A DNA stretch of 62,908 nt, counting the filler, from Choristocarpus tenellus KU-1152 (Eukaryota > Protista > Phaeophyceae): NCBI GenBank assembly GCA_964200185.2. It is 9 parts of 9 records of this genome, joined end to end, with 100 filler letters (N's around TTAATTAATTAA, not from the genome) between each part and the next. Parts side by side here need not be neighbours in the genome. Positions count along the whole stretch, not along the records: positions 1 to 6,494 come from CAXNAD020008002.1; positions 6,595 to 19,516 come from CAXNAD020001658.1; 7 more parts are not named here. One strand, given 5' to 3'. Below are positions 1-11,697 of the stretch, one piece after another. A model generated the notes under the pieces. The model saw only the letters and a list, made by a program, of their open reading frames with translations, did not search any database and was not told the origin of the DNA. The translations under genes and the position numbers were made by a program. How positions within the stretch are numbered: position 1 is the first letter of the stretch; each line of letters starts with the position of its first letter.

Positions 1-1177
1 CGGGTGGGTGGTGGGTTGGTGGGGGGGGGGGGGGGGGGGCGGGCTCCTGTGTGGATTGCCATAGCGGGCGATGTGAACAGCCCCGCCATCGATGTCATCC
101 GTGAGGACTGTCGCACAGGCGCATGCACGACTCATCTCTGGTCCTGTACTGCACCCATGCGGACTTGCCTCACCGATGTAGAGTACTAAACTGTGCATCT
201 GGTGTGTGCATCACTTCTGCAGCATTGTCGCTATATGGTACGGCTACGCCCCTGACCCCTTGGTGGGGTACACGGGCTTCACCATGTTACACTCCTCTCT
301 CAATCTCCTTCCTACCACCATCGTATCCCACGCCGTCTCGATCCCAACGCCGCCTGCTCATCCATGAGAACTCCTCCTCGTTGTCGCTCAGCAAGGAGCC
401 TTGAAACGGGGAATGCTCTTCTGAGGCTGACGATTCTTCTCCCCCCCCTGCTCCAAAAGCTGGCATTGGATGTGCACTGCTGTGGTTGACGCGATTGGGG
501 GAGAGCGTCTGCTCAGAAATTGCAGCAAGCTGAACAGCCTTTCCTGCCCTGCTTCTAAGTGTAAGCTGTTTGCCAGGATCACGAGCATTGCCACCATAAA
601 TTCCTGCCATGTAGCTTCCATGGTCTGGAAGGGAGTCGGTGGATGAGACCCCTTGGGTGGGTGGGGCTGTCTGGCCAAGGTAGGAGAGAAGCAGATCCTT
701 GAAAGCTGCCCATGCTGCCCTCGCAAGCTTTGGGACTGCAGGGTCCTGGAAAAGGGAAGGGATTAGTAACATGGTGCATTGTGGGTTAGTTGTGCATTGC
801 GACCACACAGTAGAAGTTCCTAGATAGTGTGTTCCCTCTCTGCGACTCTGCGTTGGATGAGAATGTTCCTTTTTATTCCTACTTAAAAGGGCTTGATATT
901 GCTTGCCGCTCCTCACTTTCTGAGAACTCTCTTTGGAGCTGTGAAACCGAACGAGGGTGTCTGTTGTTACGATTCAGCTTTTTTGAGGCCGCCATGATTG
1001 TTGTTGTCATGGCAGCTAGTCCCGTAGGGTTCATTCTCTACCTTACTGAAATGAAATATTTTATTTGTTTGTTTGTTTGAGTGCCTGTGTATCATCGCAT
1101 CCTGCTTGAAAGCACAGCAAACTGTACTTGAGTTGTATTTTGTGTGTTACTGTATACTAAAACGGAATCAAAGCAAA

Positions 1178-1416
1178 CGAGAGGTACCCACAGTTGCACT
1201 TTAAGGATGCTAACAAATACGTGCCAATTCAGGCGGGGGTTTTTTCGGGTGTGTATAGGATATCTTCTGAATTGTGTCAGAATATTTTCAAAACAATAGA
1301 GAAATAAACACTCTCAAGTCAAACTTAGAACTTCATCTGTAGAAAGTATGGGTGAACTACAACAGATTGAAAAACAGACTTCAAAGACTAAGTGGACAAA
1401 ACCTGGGTACCTCTCG
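1178..1416. mobile_element. MITE-like element (~239 bp)
   Basis: Perfect 13-bp terminal inverted repeat CGAGAGGTACCCA (1178-1190) / TGGGTACCTCTCG (1404-1416) around an AT-rich non-coding interior. No clear TSD. Confidence 0.55.
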
Positions 1417-1609
1417 CTTACTTTAGCTCTCTTCCAGGTCACTTTAACTAGTGCAGGGTGGGTCTGTATTTTGCTTCTCACAGCCCCCCGATTTTTTTTT
1501 TAATGCTTCTATCTGGAAAAATGCTGTGCATCACACCCACCTAATTAGTCTTATTTATTTCTGTGCATCGGCATGAGATTGCATTGATTCAGCAACACAA
1601 GGAGTTTTC

Positions 1610-2430
1610 CACACTGTAGACGACATCGCATTTGTAATAACCGCTACAATGTCCTGCCCAAATCCCCTGCTATTGCTCGACGATCTTAGTGTCAATCTTT
1701 GCTGGCAGATGACTGGTTACCAGGATCCTTTTTAAGATGCAGAAATTCCGCTCAGGAGGTATGGCATACTGTAGCAGTTCCTATCAAATCAATGTAACTC
1801 TCATTTCCTTTGTTTTGTGGTCTAAATTCCAAATTTCAAACAGCCAACCTCAATGATGATACAGGATGTTATCGAGGTGGAGCTTTCCCACCTTGTACTT
1901 GTGTGCTGTAGGACTTTATCTTTACAGCCAAAGCACTGTAGGACTATGTCAATTGATTGTGTAGAGGTCGATGCGAACCATTTGAAATCACTTTGTCGTA
2001 TGTAACATATGGTGTTTTCCCCCTGTAACATGGTCGTATTGGTTTGGAAAACATGAGTTCCCAAAATGTGATTCTCCAGAATTATCAAACGAATTAAAAT
2101 TTGTTGTGATTAGTCACATTGAACCAATCGTGAGGGCTATTCAAGTCTCTGCCCTACAGCTCCCATGTTGCACCCTTGGGCAACTACTGTCCATGTCGGG
2201 GTGACATATACGATATTCCAACAGGAAAATCTCAATCCAAATCCCACGGATGTGTTACCCCTCAATTTATTTGAAAGTAGCATACTCGGATTATATCTTG
2301 CCCGGTCTTATCAGAATTAAATTTGACAATGTTCCGAACTCTACAAGCGAAATTTTGTATGTGGTATATATACCAGAACCCCATTAATCGATTCATCGCC
2401 AAGCATTTTGCTGGAAGATTACACCAGGTT
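1610..2430 (-). pseudogene. Possible decayed Ulp1/C48 SUMO-protease-like remnant, probably transposon-borne
   Basis: Minus-strand fragments in shifting frames with stops occur in Ulp1 motif order: KMLGDESINGVLVYI (cf. WLNDEVIN), HILGTHVFQT (cf. HxFNTFF), HH*GWLFEIW..KTK / SYIDLIG (cf. HW..YYDS), SGYYKCDVV (cf. NGYDCGVF). Recognised by eye only. Confidence 0.3.
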
Positions 2431-5400
2431 GGTAAAAGCAATCACTGTTGCTTTCTTGTTGCAATACACAATGTTGCTGAATGGTCAGGTTGTTGTCACA
2501 GTGCCGACTTGTGTTCATTGTGGTGATCGGGAAGGCGTGATCACCGTGGTTGTGATAAGGATGGTGTCCGTACATAGAAGACTTTGGGTCACCAACTAGC
2601 CTTCTCAATTCATATTTAGCCAAAACATCACGGTTCTTTTGCTTGTCGGAGATACGTGCATAGCTGACCTTATAGAGGGAGTGAAGGAACAGTAGGAAGA
2701 CGGGCGCAATTACGCATGTCATTATAGCAGCGATCACCCTCAGGAACTCTGAAAAATCTTTGCCCACCCCTCGCCGATGCTTCCTGCGGGTGGTCCTTCG
2801 TCTTGGCAGACGCGAGTAGGTGGAAGGAATGGGTTGTTAGAAAAGTTGTTACATTTTTCAAAGTACCATGGCTTTGTTGAGTTCCAATCTTCCATGGTTA
2901 GTGTTTACAGGACATGCATTTGGACGCATCCACATCCACGGAAAGGGAAAGCCACGCTTACTGGGGTTGTGGCCGCCCAATTTCTGCGAAAGTTTACTCT
3001 CATCACTTTACCGCAAGGGGTTTCTCCATGTGTACGTTCTACATTCCATCCAAACTCCTTAACTTAAGTAAACTGACTGGGGATATACGTCAGATGTCTG
3101 GATATCTTTGAGAAAGGGAATGTACTTACCATTCTAACCACTCGGAAACAGTTAGCGTGTTGCGCCAACACGATTACTCGTTCAAGAACTATCTTCCACC
3201 ATCAACAATCGAATGTCGAGGATGGAGTGGAAACTGTGAAACAACGTTGTGACTCTAATAGAGAAGATGAGTGATTGGACAATTGTCCCTGATCCAGCGC
3301 TTACGATTCTTACGATTGTCTCTCCTTTCCCTCGACCATCTCGACCATCTCGAGCGTCAGCACCAATACAGTCACCAGGATAAGCACGACTCTAGCATCC
3401 ACGTGCCCCTTTGTGCGACCCATGCCGAAAAAATTAAGGGGAAATGGTCGTACTGGCGAAGTTAATGTAGGGATACTCATGGCCCTCACATACAGATTTT
3501 GGTAAGGATTAATCTTCACGTGACTATATTCCATATCCGTTTCGGGGCGTTGGTATTCTTGCGAAGGCGGTGTATCGTAGGTTCCTGAGAGGGGTGTGTG
3601 TTGTGGATGAAATAAGTAGAACGGATTGGGAAAGGCAACGATTTGGAGCCATGGAGGGAGGAAGCGGGGGAAACATTGGAGGTGATGGAAGGCCGGAGCA
3701 GCACACTCATACTATCATCAACAGCATCGCTTCTGAAGGCCCTCTCCGTAGTATTTCCAGCCCACCCTTTGGAGGGTGAGTTTTTGTACTCAAGTAGTAG
3801 CACCTGTTCAGATTGAATGCTCCAAGTCAATACTTCCACAATGATGGATGAGACGACCTTCTGCAATCAAATTATAATTTCGATCGCCGACCTGGATGAT
3901 GGCCTCTAAGTCCCCTCCTGATAATGACGAAGAAAACTGGCACAACTTCCTCTCTGCACTACATCCTGTTGCCCTAGATGTGTGATGGAGTCATCATTCG
4001 AAGAGAAAAAAGGATGTAGAGTATCTTCCGTCAGTTTTCGTATTAGAAGTACGGCGGGTGTTGGTGACAGTGACACTTTGCACATTGTTCTCTTAGGTGG
4101 ATTGTTGAAGAACGATTTTGCACACAGAACAACGATGCAGACTCCTGCTTTTCGTTATCGTCATCTGCATGGTGAATGTATGCAATCGCATTTGGGAACA
4201 GTCAATGGAAATTTCGCCCCCCACCCTGTTGCCTTCACACCATTGTGCCATTGAACACGTTCCCACACAGGCCTGTAGACTTCAGGAACACTGGCCCCCT
4301 CGCCCATACCAATGCGGCACATCACGCTCCAACAGGTCATCCTACGCATTCCTCCGGCATGAGCGCCCCCCAGACCACATTGAATCAATCAATGGTGCAT
4401 TCCGTGACCCCGGTCGCCACCAACTCACCCACCACTGGAAGGCAGGCTTGCCCACTACCGATTAGCCCACCTCACCAGCCACAACCGTCAGATGCACACG
4501 CCCCTGCCTCAATTGCGCCCCCTGCTGTAGAACCTGCCTTCTCCCAGCCAGCAGTGTATGCGCAACCCTCTCCCGAGAAGGGGCCTTTCGCCGGCAATCA
4601 ACCGCCTCCAACAGAACTGTTGGCACCAAGAATGACCACTACAGACCCCCTAGGTTTGGGTTCGAATTCTCACGTGGTGCAAAATGCTCCACCATGGAGC
4701 AGTGCTGCTTCAGTTGGGGCGGGAGTGGAGGTATCTAGCGCGCTTAATGGGCCTAGTGCATCAATGCCCAGATCCGGGGTGTCACTGGGAGGTGGGGTGG
4801 AGGTGAGCACACTTGTAAACAAATAGCTCCGAACGAAAAAAGGCGGCTCAGATAGCCCTGACATTATTGGTATTTCGTGTTCAGGTCACAAGGCCTCTGT
4901 GGTGTTAGGGAATACCTTCCAGCAGCATCATAGAGCCTTCCTTGGTATCTGGATATAACCCTTAATGAGAATGTGAAGTAGTGAGTACAAGAGTATCATT
5001 GATGCACAATATACTTCAGTTCTCCTGACGAAACACTCCTTCCCAACTGCCACAGAGCTCAATGCCCTCGATGATGGTCCGGCCACCGCCGCCCCCTATA
5101 CCAGTAGCTCCACCTGTGACCCAAGAACCACAGCAGTTGCCAATGCCAGCACTCCCACCCCCACCTCCTGGAGCATCACGTGAGGATGGAAGGATTGCAA
5201 TGTTGATGTTGGTACTCTTTCCCTGTTTTGGTAGCCTTCCGCCTTTGAAGGTGTTTGATTTCTGTGGGTAACAAGCATGTCTGAGATAGAAGTCTTCAGT
5301 AATGTTTTTCTAAGTGCATGTTCTTTGTCTACGTGCGATTCCTTTCTGTGATGAGGTTTTGTGAGAGTTGGATAGACTGTTTAGTTGATATCGGAGAACT

Positions 5401-5923
5401 GGTGTACTGTTCAAAATTTTCCTCCCAATTGTTGTTTTGATGCTATTGATTTGAGTGGTGATTCTGAAGATGGTTGTGCAGTGTCGAGTGCTGTTTTACA
5501 CTTCACCACTTGCTTCTCGACGATTCCATTCAGCATATTGTGATTGTGGTGTATTGTGGGAGTATGGAAGGTGCCTCTTCCTACAGTATGAATCAGTGAG
5601 GGAAGGCAGATTGTTGAACCACCGCCTATGTTGGAATACACACAGTGTAGGAATGATAGAGGGTGAACCATTACAATTCTTCCGTGTAGTAGTAAAGATC
5701 CCAAGTGAAAATTTTACCCCATTTTTCTTAACGAGGTGAAAGAGAACCATTATTATTCTTCCCTTGCTGTCCAAGAACAGTCTTCCACATGCAAACCGAG
5801 CACCAAATAAAAACTCACTACTCACTCACTACATTTTCCTCCCCTCCAATTCATCCTCTCATTCCCCGCTCTGTTTCCCTCCCCCCTCTGCATGTATGTT
5901 TTGTTGCTATGTTTGAGTAACAG

Positions 5924-6216
5924 CTCCTTTTCCAGTTGCTGCATTGATCCCAGAACCTGTCACAAAGGATATCCTTACCCCAAAGAGAGACACGTTGGAT
6001 GATCTTGTTGATGACTTCTTAGCCCCATCCACTGCCATACCTCCTGGCCCCTTGGAGCTGAAAGTGGAACTGGGGCTGTTGGGGGCTGGAGGGGGTTGGG
6101 TGGAAGACCTTCGGCGACTAGCTAAACTACGGGCTTGGGATGTGTTTGTTTCAACCACTGAGGGCATCATGGAGGCGTATGCACAGGGCAGGGCAGGAGA
6201 GATGTCGCCTTCCCAG
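5924..6216 (+). CDS. Internal exon of a partial gene, possibly TRAPPC12-like
   Basis: Pyrimidine tract + CAG acceptor (5923, alternative 5935) and CAG|GTGAGA donor at 6217. Open frame ..WVEDLRRLAKLRAWDVFVSTTEGIMEAY.. resembles the L-x-x-LA-x-x-x-x-W helix at the start of the TRAPPC12 conserved region. The exon is likelier than the family call. Confidence 0.45.
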
Positions 6217-6494
6217 GTGAGAAAAGCTGATGCCGTTAAGATTAAGGAATGAGTGTATCAATCAACATATTTTAAGGGGGCAGAACCGAGAAGGCGAGCA
6301 AAGCAGATTGTGACTAACTAGGTGCTGTCTTGGGTGCAGGGAAAGAGGGCGGAGAAGTAAGGGTGACGACAAGTTAAGCTTGTGTTTGCAGCAAGGCATC
6401 CATGAGCGTGAGTGTCCTTCACCAGCAAGAGAGTTGTCCTGGGGGGGGGGGGGGGGGGGGGGCTGAATGTAGGGTTATATATAAAAAATGGGGT

Positions 6495-6594
6495 NNNNNN
6501 NNNNNNNNNNNNNNNNNNNNNNNNNNNNNNNNNNNNNNTTAATTAATTAANNNNNNNNNNNNNNNNNNNNNNNNNNNNNNNNNNNNNNNNNNNN
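6495..6594. other. Artificial contig spacer
   Basis: 44 N + TTAATTAATTAA (stops in all six frames) + 44 N. Confidence 0.98.
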
Positions 6595-7512
6595 GTTGCT
6601 TGTATTTACTCCATAATTTCAACTATAGTGGTGTTGCAAACACAACTCTGTGGGAGGGGGTGGGGTGAGGGGGGGGGGGAGTGAGGGTAACGCAGCTGTT
6701 GGATACTTTCAAGGCCCCATGTGGATATGATAGTCAATGGAAATGAGGATAGTGCCAGGTTTACTTTATTTTGTACAAAAAACCTGTAAGGAGTATTTGT
6801 GCCATGTATGGGGAAAACACCGAAGGGTTGGGTTGCTGTGTTGATCTTTAGCCATCCCTCGTGTTGACACCTCTATCATCCTTTGGAGTATAACATTCAG
6901 TGTTAAAAATACGAAATTCCTTGATTCTTACCTTTCCTACACTAGCACTTGCTCATGATTGCATGAGGGGTGGTCATTATATGATTGATAGAAAGTGAAG
7001 TGCCAATAGTGAGCACTTGAGAGTCCCTCCATCCCACACAAGGCAACGGTGTGTTACAATGAGGAGTCTGCATGCTCACTGACAAAATACTCAAGTCAGG
7101 CTTTAAATGCCATCTGGTATGCCCAACCTGCGAGAAGACAGTTTTTTACAGTCCTTACCATGTAGAAGTAGGTTTACTACATATGCTCTTCTGTGGAGCA
7201 TGAATTACACTATACAGCAGCTTACATACAGTTTGAGTGTTCTTTATACATACACACAGACATGCCGCTCTACACGCAGAACAAGACCTCACGTATGTGT
7301 GTTTAAGGATACTGCCCCCAAGAAGGCAGACAGGAGATACCCCAAACACTTTCACTCTTTCCTGCAGTCTACCCTTGCTGCTACCAACACGGTAACCCCG
7401 TGAAGTTCAAAAAAAGTTCCAGAAGCTGAGCTGTGAAGCGTCAGATCCCAACCTACCAAAGCTATTATTTGATTCAAGTCAAGTCTCATACAAAGGTCTC
7501 ACTATCCCTCTG

Positions 7513-10500
7513 TCAGGAAACAGCAGGGACTGCCTTACATATATCTTCATACTCCACTCTCTTCAGAGTTTTCCCCTCCTCCACTCCGTCCATCAAAAGC
7601 ACAGAGGCTGAAAAGTTATCGGTGTCCAGGGACAGAAGCTTGCCCCGACAACCACGACCCATTCCGTTCACCACAAGAACCTCCCCCCCCACTGCAGGGA
7701 TGACCTACGATACAATTTTGAAAATGCATTTCGTATCATACAAGTGTTGCGTTATGATAGTAGGTACGGTGGGGTGGGGTTAGGGTTCAAGAGTGAAAAT
7801 CACGAGATCCACGGGGTGCAAGTGGGTGACCTTGTGCTTAAGATGGGCAGTAGTAGGTCCAAACAATGCAAACATGTCAAAATTTTTCGTATCAAGTTTG
7901 AAATCCAAGTATACAGTAGGAGGACTACAGGCATTCTCATTCCACATGAGGTTATGAGACACATTATGGGATTGGTTCATCAATGTGAAGGGGGTTTTCA
8001 GCTCTACCTGGGCTGTTGGGTTTCTTCCCAATACAATCAACACGTATGAACAGTGTTGGACAGGTTCACTCAAATGTGACCTCATGTACTTGAATGCTGT
8101 GTTTGCAACCAAACAATGCTGCCTATCTCAACACAAAAGAAACTTCAGGTAGCATTACAACCACTTTCAGCGCACCTCTTGACCAAAGTAATTTTAATCA
8201 AAGTTGCTTCTCACACTTAACCCACACCATAGCCATGTGAGCGTGTTGCTGGAGAACAATGCATGTATACACAAATACAGAATAGTTCCGTACTTGAAAA
8301 TATTACACTTGAACAGAACAAAGTCACTGTTAGCAAGATGAATTCCCCTGACACTAACCCCATCTTTAACACACCTCACTATTACTTAAAACCAACCGAA
8401 TCAAACCCACGTACCCAATTACGCAGTCAATCTATTTCTGCATAGACTTCCACCAAAAAATAGCACCAATTAAAACCCAAGTTAGCCGTCTGCACATAGA
8501 TACACGAGGCAGTTTTAACAGAAATACGTGTAACTCCATGGTATCAGCATAAGGCAGTTTTAACAGAAATACATATGACTCCATTGGTATCAGCCACTGC
8601 CACAAAGCTATTCTCAACTTACCTCCTCTCCCTCACCTCCCCCCCTTCCCAGTCCATTTCCACAGCTACTGAAAGCTCACCGTCTCTAGGTCGTCCTGGT
8701 CAACCCGAAGCCGATCTCCTTCATCAATTATCTTCACCTCCGCCACATATCGCTCCACCACCTTACGGACCACAGCCTTCCTCTTGTAGTACCGGCCTTC
8801 CCCTACCTTCTTGTTCAACACCTTCACCACAATGCCTGGTCGAAGCCAGTAATCAAAGCGATCCCCCCCCCCCTCCCCTAGTACCCCCTCCCCCCCCCCC
8901 GCCCCCGCCTTCCCATCCCCCGCGCCGCCCCCTTCTGCTCCTCTNNNNNNNNNNGGTCGAAGCCAGTAATCAAAGCGATTCCCCCCCCCTCCACTTGGTC
9001 CGCTTCCTCCCCCTGCAGCCACTGCTACTGATGCGGCTGATGCCTCTGCCTGCGCCTTAGCCTCCTTCCGCTTCCGATCCTCATCCATCAGCACCTCCAA
9101 TGTGCTTCTCTTGCCCTTACCCTTACCCTTACCCTTTCCTCCCGAGTCAAGCCGGCCCCCTTCCTCCATTCCACCGAAAACATCTGCTGTTGCTACAGGC
9201 GGTCGTGGTCGTTTCAAGCTTGTAACAGAGCCGCCCCCCAATCCCAGCTTCATACTCACAGTGCCATCACCCTCCTCCCGTTTGAGCTCTGTGGGGCCCA
9301 GAGCCTCTTTTGAGCCACGCTCCGCTTCTCGTGCTTGTGCTGCACGTACCTGCTGCTCAATAACCTTTGCCTAAAGGGCACCAAGCAATGTGGAGAGGGG
9401 TTTGGGGAAGGAGGTCATGGGGTGAAGTAAGAGCTTGTTCAATTTCAGTTGTTTAAGTATGTTGCTGTGACAGTGGGCATGTGGGGGTCCTCATACTTGG
9501 AGGGGTAGATGCCATTTCATAACCTAGGGGATGAACTGCTTGTGTTAGAGTAAGGCTAACTAAGAAAATCAAAATCTCAGCAAAAGGCTTCCTGCAGTTT
9601 TACAGGGGACTATGTTCATAGACAACTCACAAAGGCTGATGAAATGCCTTGGAGGAATTCTGAAGCATTCCCTTCCCCATCTAGCAACAGCAATCAACTC
9701 CTAACCTTGGTGAACAGAAATAGTTATCACAAAATACTAAGCAGGCAAAGAAAAGTGATGGTCCCAAATGTACATCTTTGAGAAGTTCACTCCCATAGTT
9801 TCCGACAGGCCGAGGACCCCTCGAACGTACTTACACCTATCTTCAATCTTTCTCCAAAAGTCTCATTCGGGGGCTTCTTAAATATGAGTGTTTTCGCATC
9901 CAAAAGGCATCACCACACCTGCATTTCCTCATCATCAAGGTCGGCCTTTTCCCTCTTGGCTGCGGCCTCTTGCATTGCAACAAGACGAGGATCTCTGTCT
10001 ATCCACTTTATGTACCACCCCTTCTCCGTCTCGTCTACTACACATTTTCCCGTCTTCCCGAGGTAGAGCACGAAGGCCGTAAGTGTCTCAAAGTGGGTCG
10101 AGTTCATGTGCGTATGGGTCTTGTGGGCGATGAATTCGTTGTAAACCAGCGAAGCACGGATGCGCTTGGTTCCATGCCTGCGACTGAGCACCTCAAGGAA
10201 CTCCTCCTCGAACACTCTCGAATACTGCCAATCGTCACGGAAAGTTTGGCACGGAAAGTGGATTGAAGCGAAGGCATATGTCGCAAAGGCTGGAAAGAGA
10301 TAAATTGATGCATGTCCCAAAACGGGTAGGGGGGAAGGGTAGGGGTGGTCCTTCTCAGGCGGTGTTGTTCAACGTGCTGAGATTATGATGATGAAAAAAA
10401 CAATACGGATGTCTCAGATATGCCATTCCCTAAGAAATGTGTCCAAAATTACAGAGAGACTGCAATCCACCCACTACAAGCACGAAGAAGAGGAGAGGAT

Positions 10501-10809
10501 GTGTTGAATTGCAACTGGTTGAACCCCACAAGTAAAGGGTGTAAGCTACAGGAAAACAGTCGGAACATTAAGGACGCTGTAGCCTCATATGTAGACAAAA
10601 AACCCTACCTCTTCCATCACAGCCTCCGGGTTGTCAGCGAAGATTCGCATCTGTCTCAGGTGTCCCTCACTTGTCTGGTGACACTTGAAACCATTCTCAT
10701 CTCGACACTGCTTCTGGCACATCTCACAGTACCAGCGCAGCTTCTGCAAACCCTTAGCCTTGATGCGGTTTCCGATCGCCTTAGGTGTGAGAAAGCCATG
10801 TTTGGGCAT
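7513..10809 (-). CDS. KIN17: DNA/RNA-binding protein KIN17, complete, 4 exons
   Basis: Exons 10809-10609, 10224-9919, 9370-8681, 7704-7513; all introns GT-AG, phase 0. N-terminus MPKHGFLTPKAIGNRIKAKGLQKLRWYCEMCQKQCRDENGFKCH (C2H2 finger), winged-helix HMNST..GKCVVDETEKGWYI, C-terminal KOW/SH3-like WLRPGIVVKV..VEYEDICK. 8838-8954 is an assembly duplication plus gap; about 423 aa without it. Confidence 0.96.
8507..8594. repeat. 45-bp tandem duplication in KIN17 intron 3
   Basis: AGGCAGTTTTAACAGAAATAC...ACTCCAT(T)GGTATCAGC occurs twice. Confidence 0.8.
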
Positions 10810-11697
10810 AGCTCCCTGCGACTACCTCGCCTGCCAAAACTGAGGACGACCCCTACAAGAAAGGCAAATGTTGATTTATACCACAATACAATACTATAAT
10901 TACCATTTATATATCCAGCACGTCCTGCGCGTTTCCAAGAGCGCGCACAGGAACTGCTGTTTCGTTTTGTAGTTTGGCGTTATGACCATCACGACAACCT
11001 CTTGAGGGAACAACTGTGTATCCATCTTGGTCGGCAGGCCCCAAAGGGGGAGATATATCCTCCGTAAAGTGTGGTGTTAGAGGAGGGATATCATTGGTGA
11101 TTCAGGATTTGCTTTGGTGACACGGTTTCTTTCCGCCACCAGGTATCACACTTTTGAGTAGCCCAGAGTTGTTTTGGTGTCAGGTGATGGCTTCATCGAT
11201 GATTTAACCTGCATGTTATCCTTCAAGTGCGCTGGATATCTATAACCACCACTGTAACTAATCACCATCTCCCTGCCGTGATTTACCATACTCCTCCCCG
11301 AATCACGGACCCTGCTGTGGTTCCCCTTTCCCCTCATGGTACACCTTCCTCCATCCACCTGTGACATGGCCCTGGCCACATATCTATATCAACCTATCAT
11401 CTTAGGTACGGTCTGACTAAACAACACCATGATACTATTGCTGAAGGATCCAAGTATTTCTTTTTGGTGCTTCCTCCTGGTGGCATAGTTAAACTGGAGA
11501 AGAGTTCCCAATGCCCTTTGATTTTTTTTATCTAGGAAGGTTTTATTGTCCCCTTCCCGTCCCGTTTGCTTCCTTCATTGAACCCTCCTTCCCCAATCTT
11601 CTACCTAGGTGCAAAGGGCCTGGGCGCACAGGTTCCAACACCACCTTGAGCTGCTTAAAAGAGTAAAGGAGGTGGGGGGGGGGGTCGCAGGGACGAT
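10810..11697. promoter_or_regulatory. Divergent (head-to-head) promoter region of KIN17 and HSF
   Basis: 888 bp between opposed start codons; CpG-rich near both first exons compared with the CpG-poor introns. Confidence 0.55.

Noticed and set aside
287-916. 209-aa minus-strand ORF
   Set aside because: No domain recognised and no confident exon boundaries; it may be an exon or repeat-derived.
4176-4826. 216-aa Pro-rich ORF
   Set aside because: Low complexity, no recognisable domain, embedded in decayed sequence; cannot support it as a gene.
7780-8112. 110-aa ORF nested in KIN17 intron 3
   Set aside because: Looks like a decayed repeat fragment; no diagnostic motif to assign a family.
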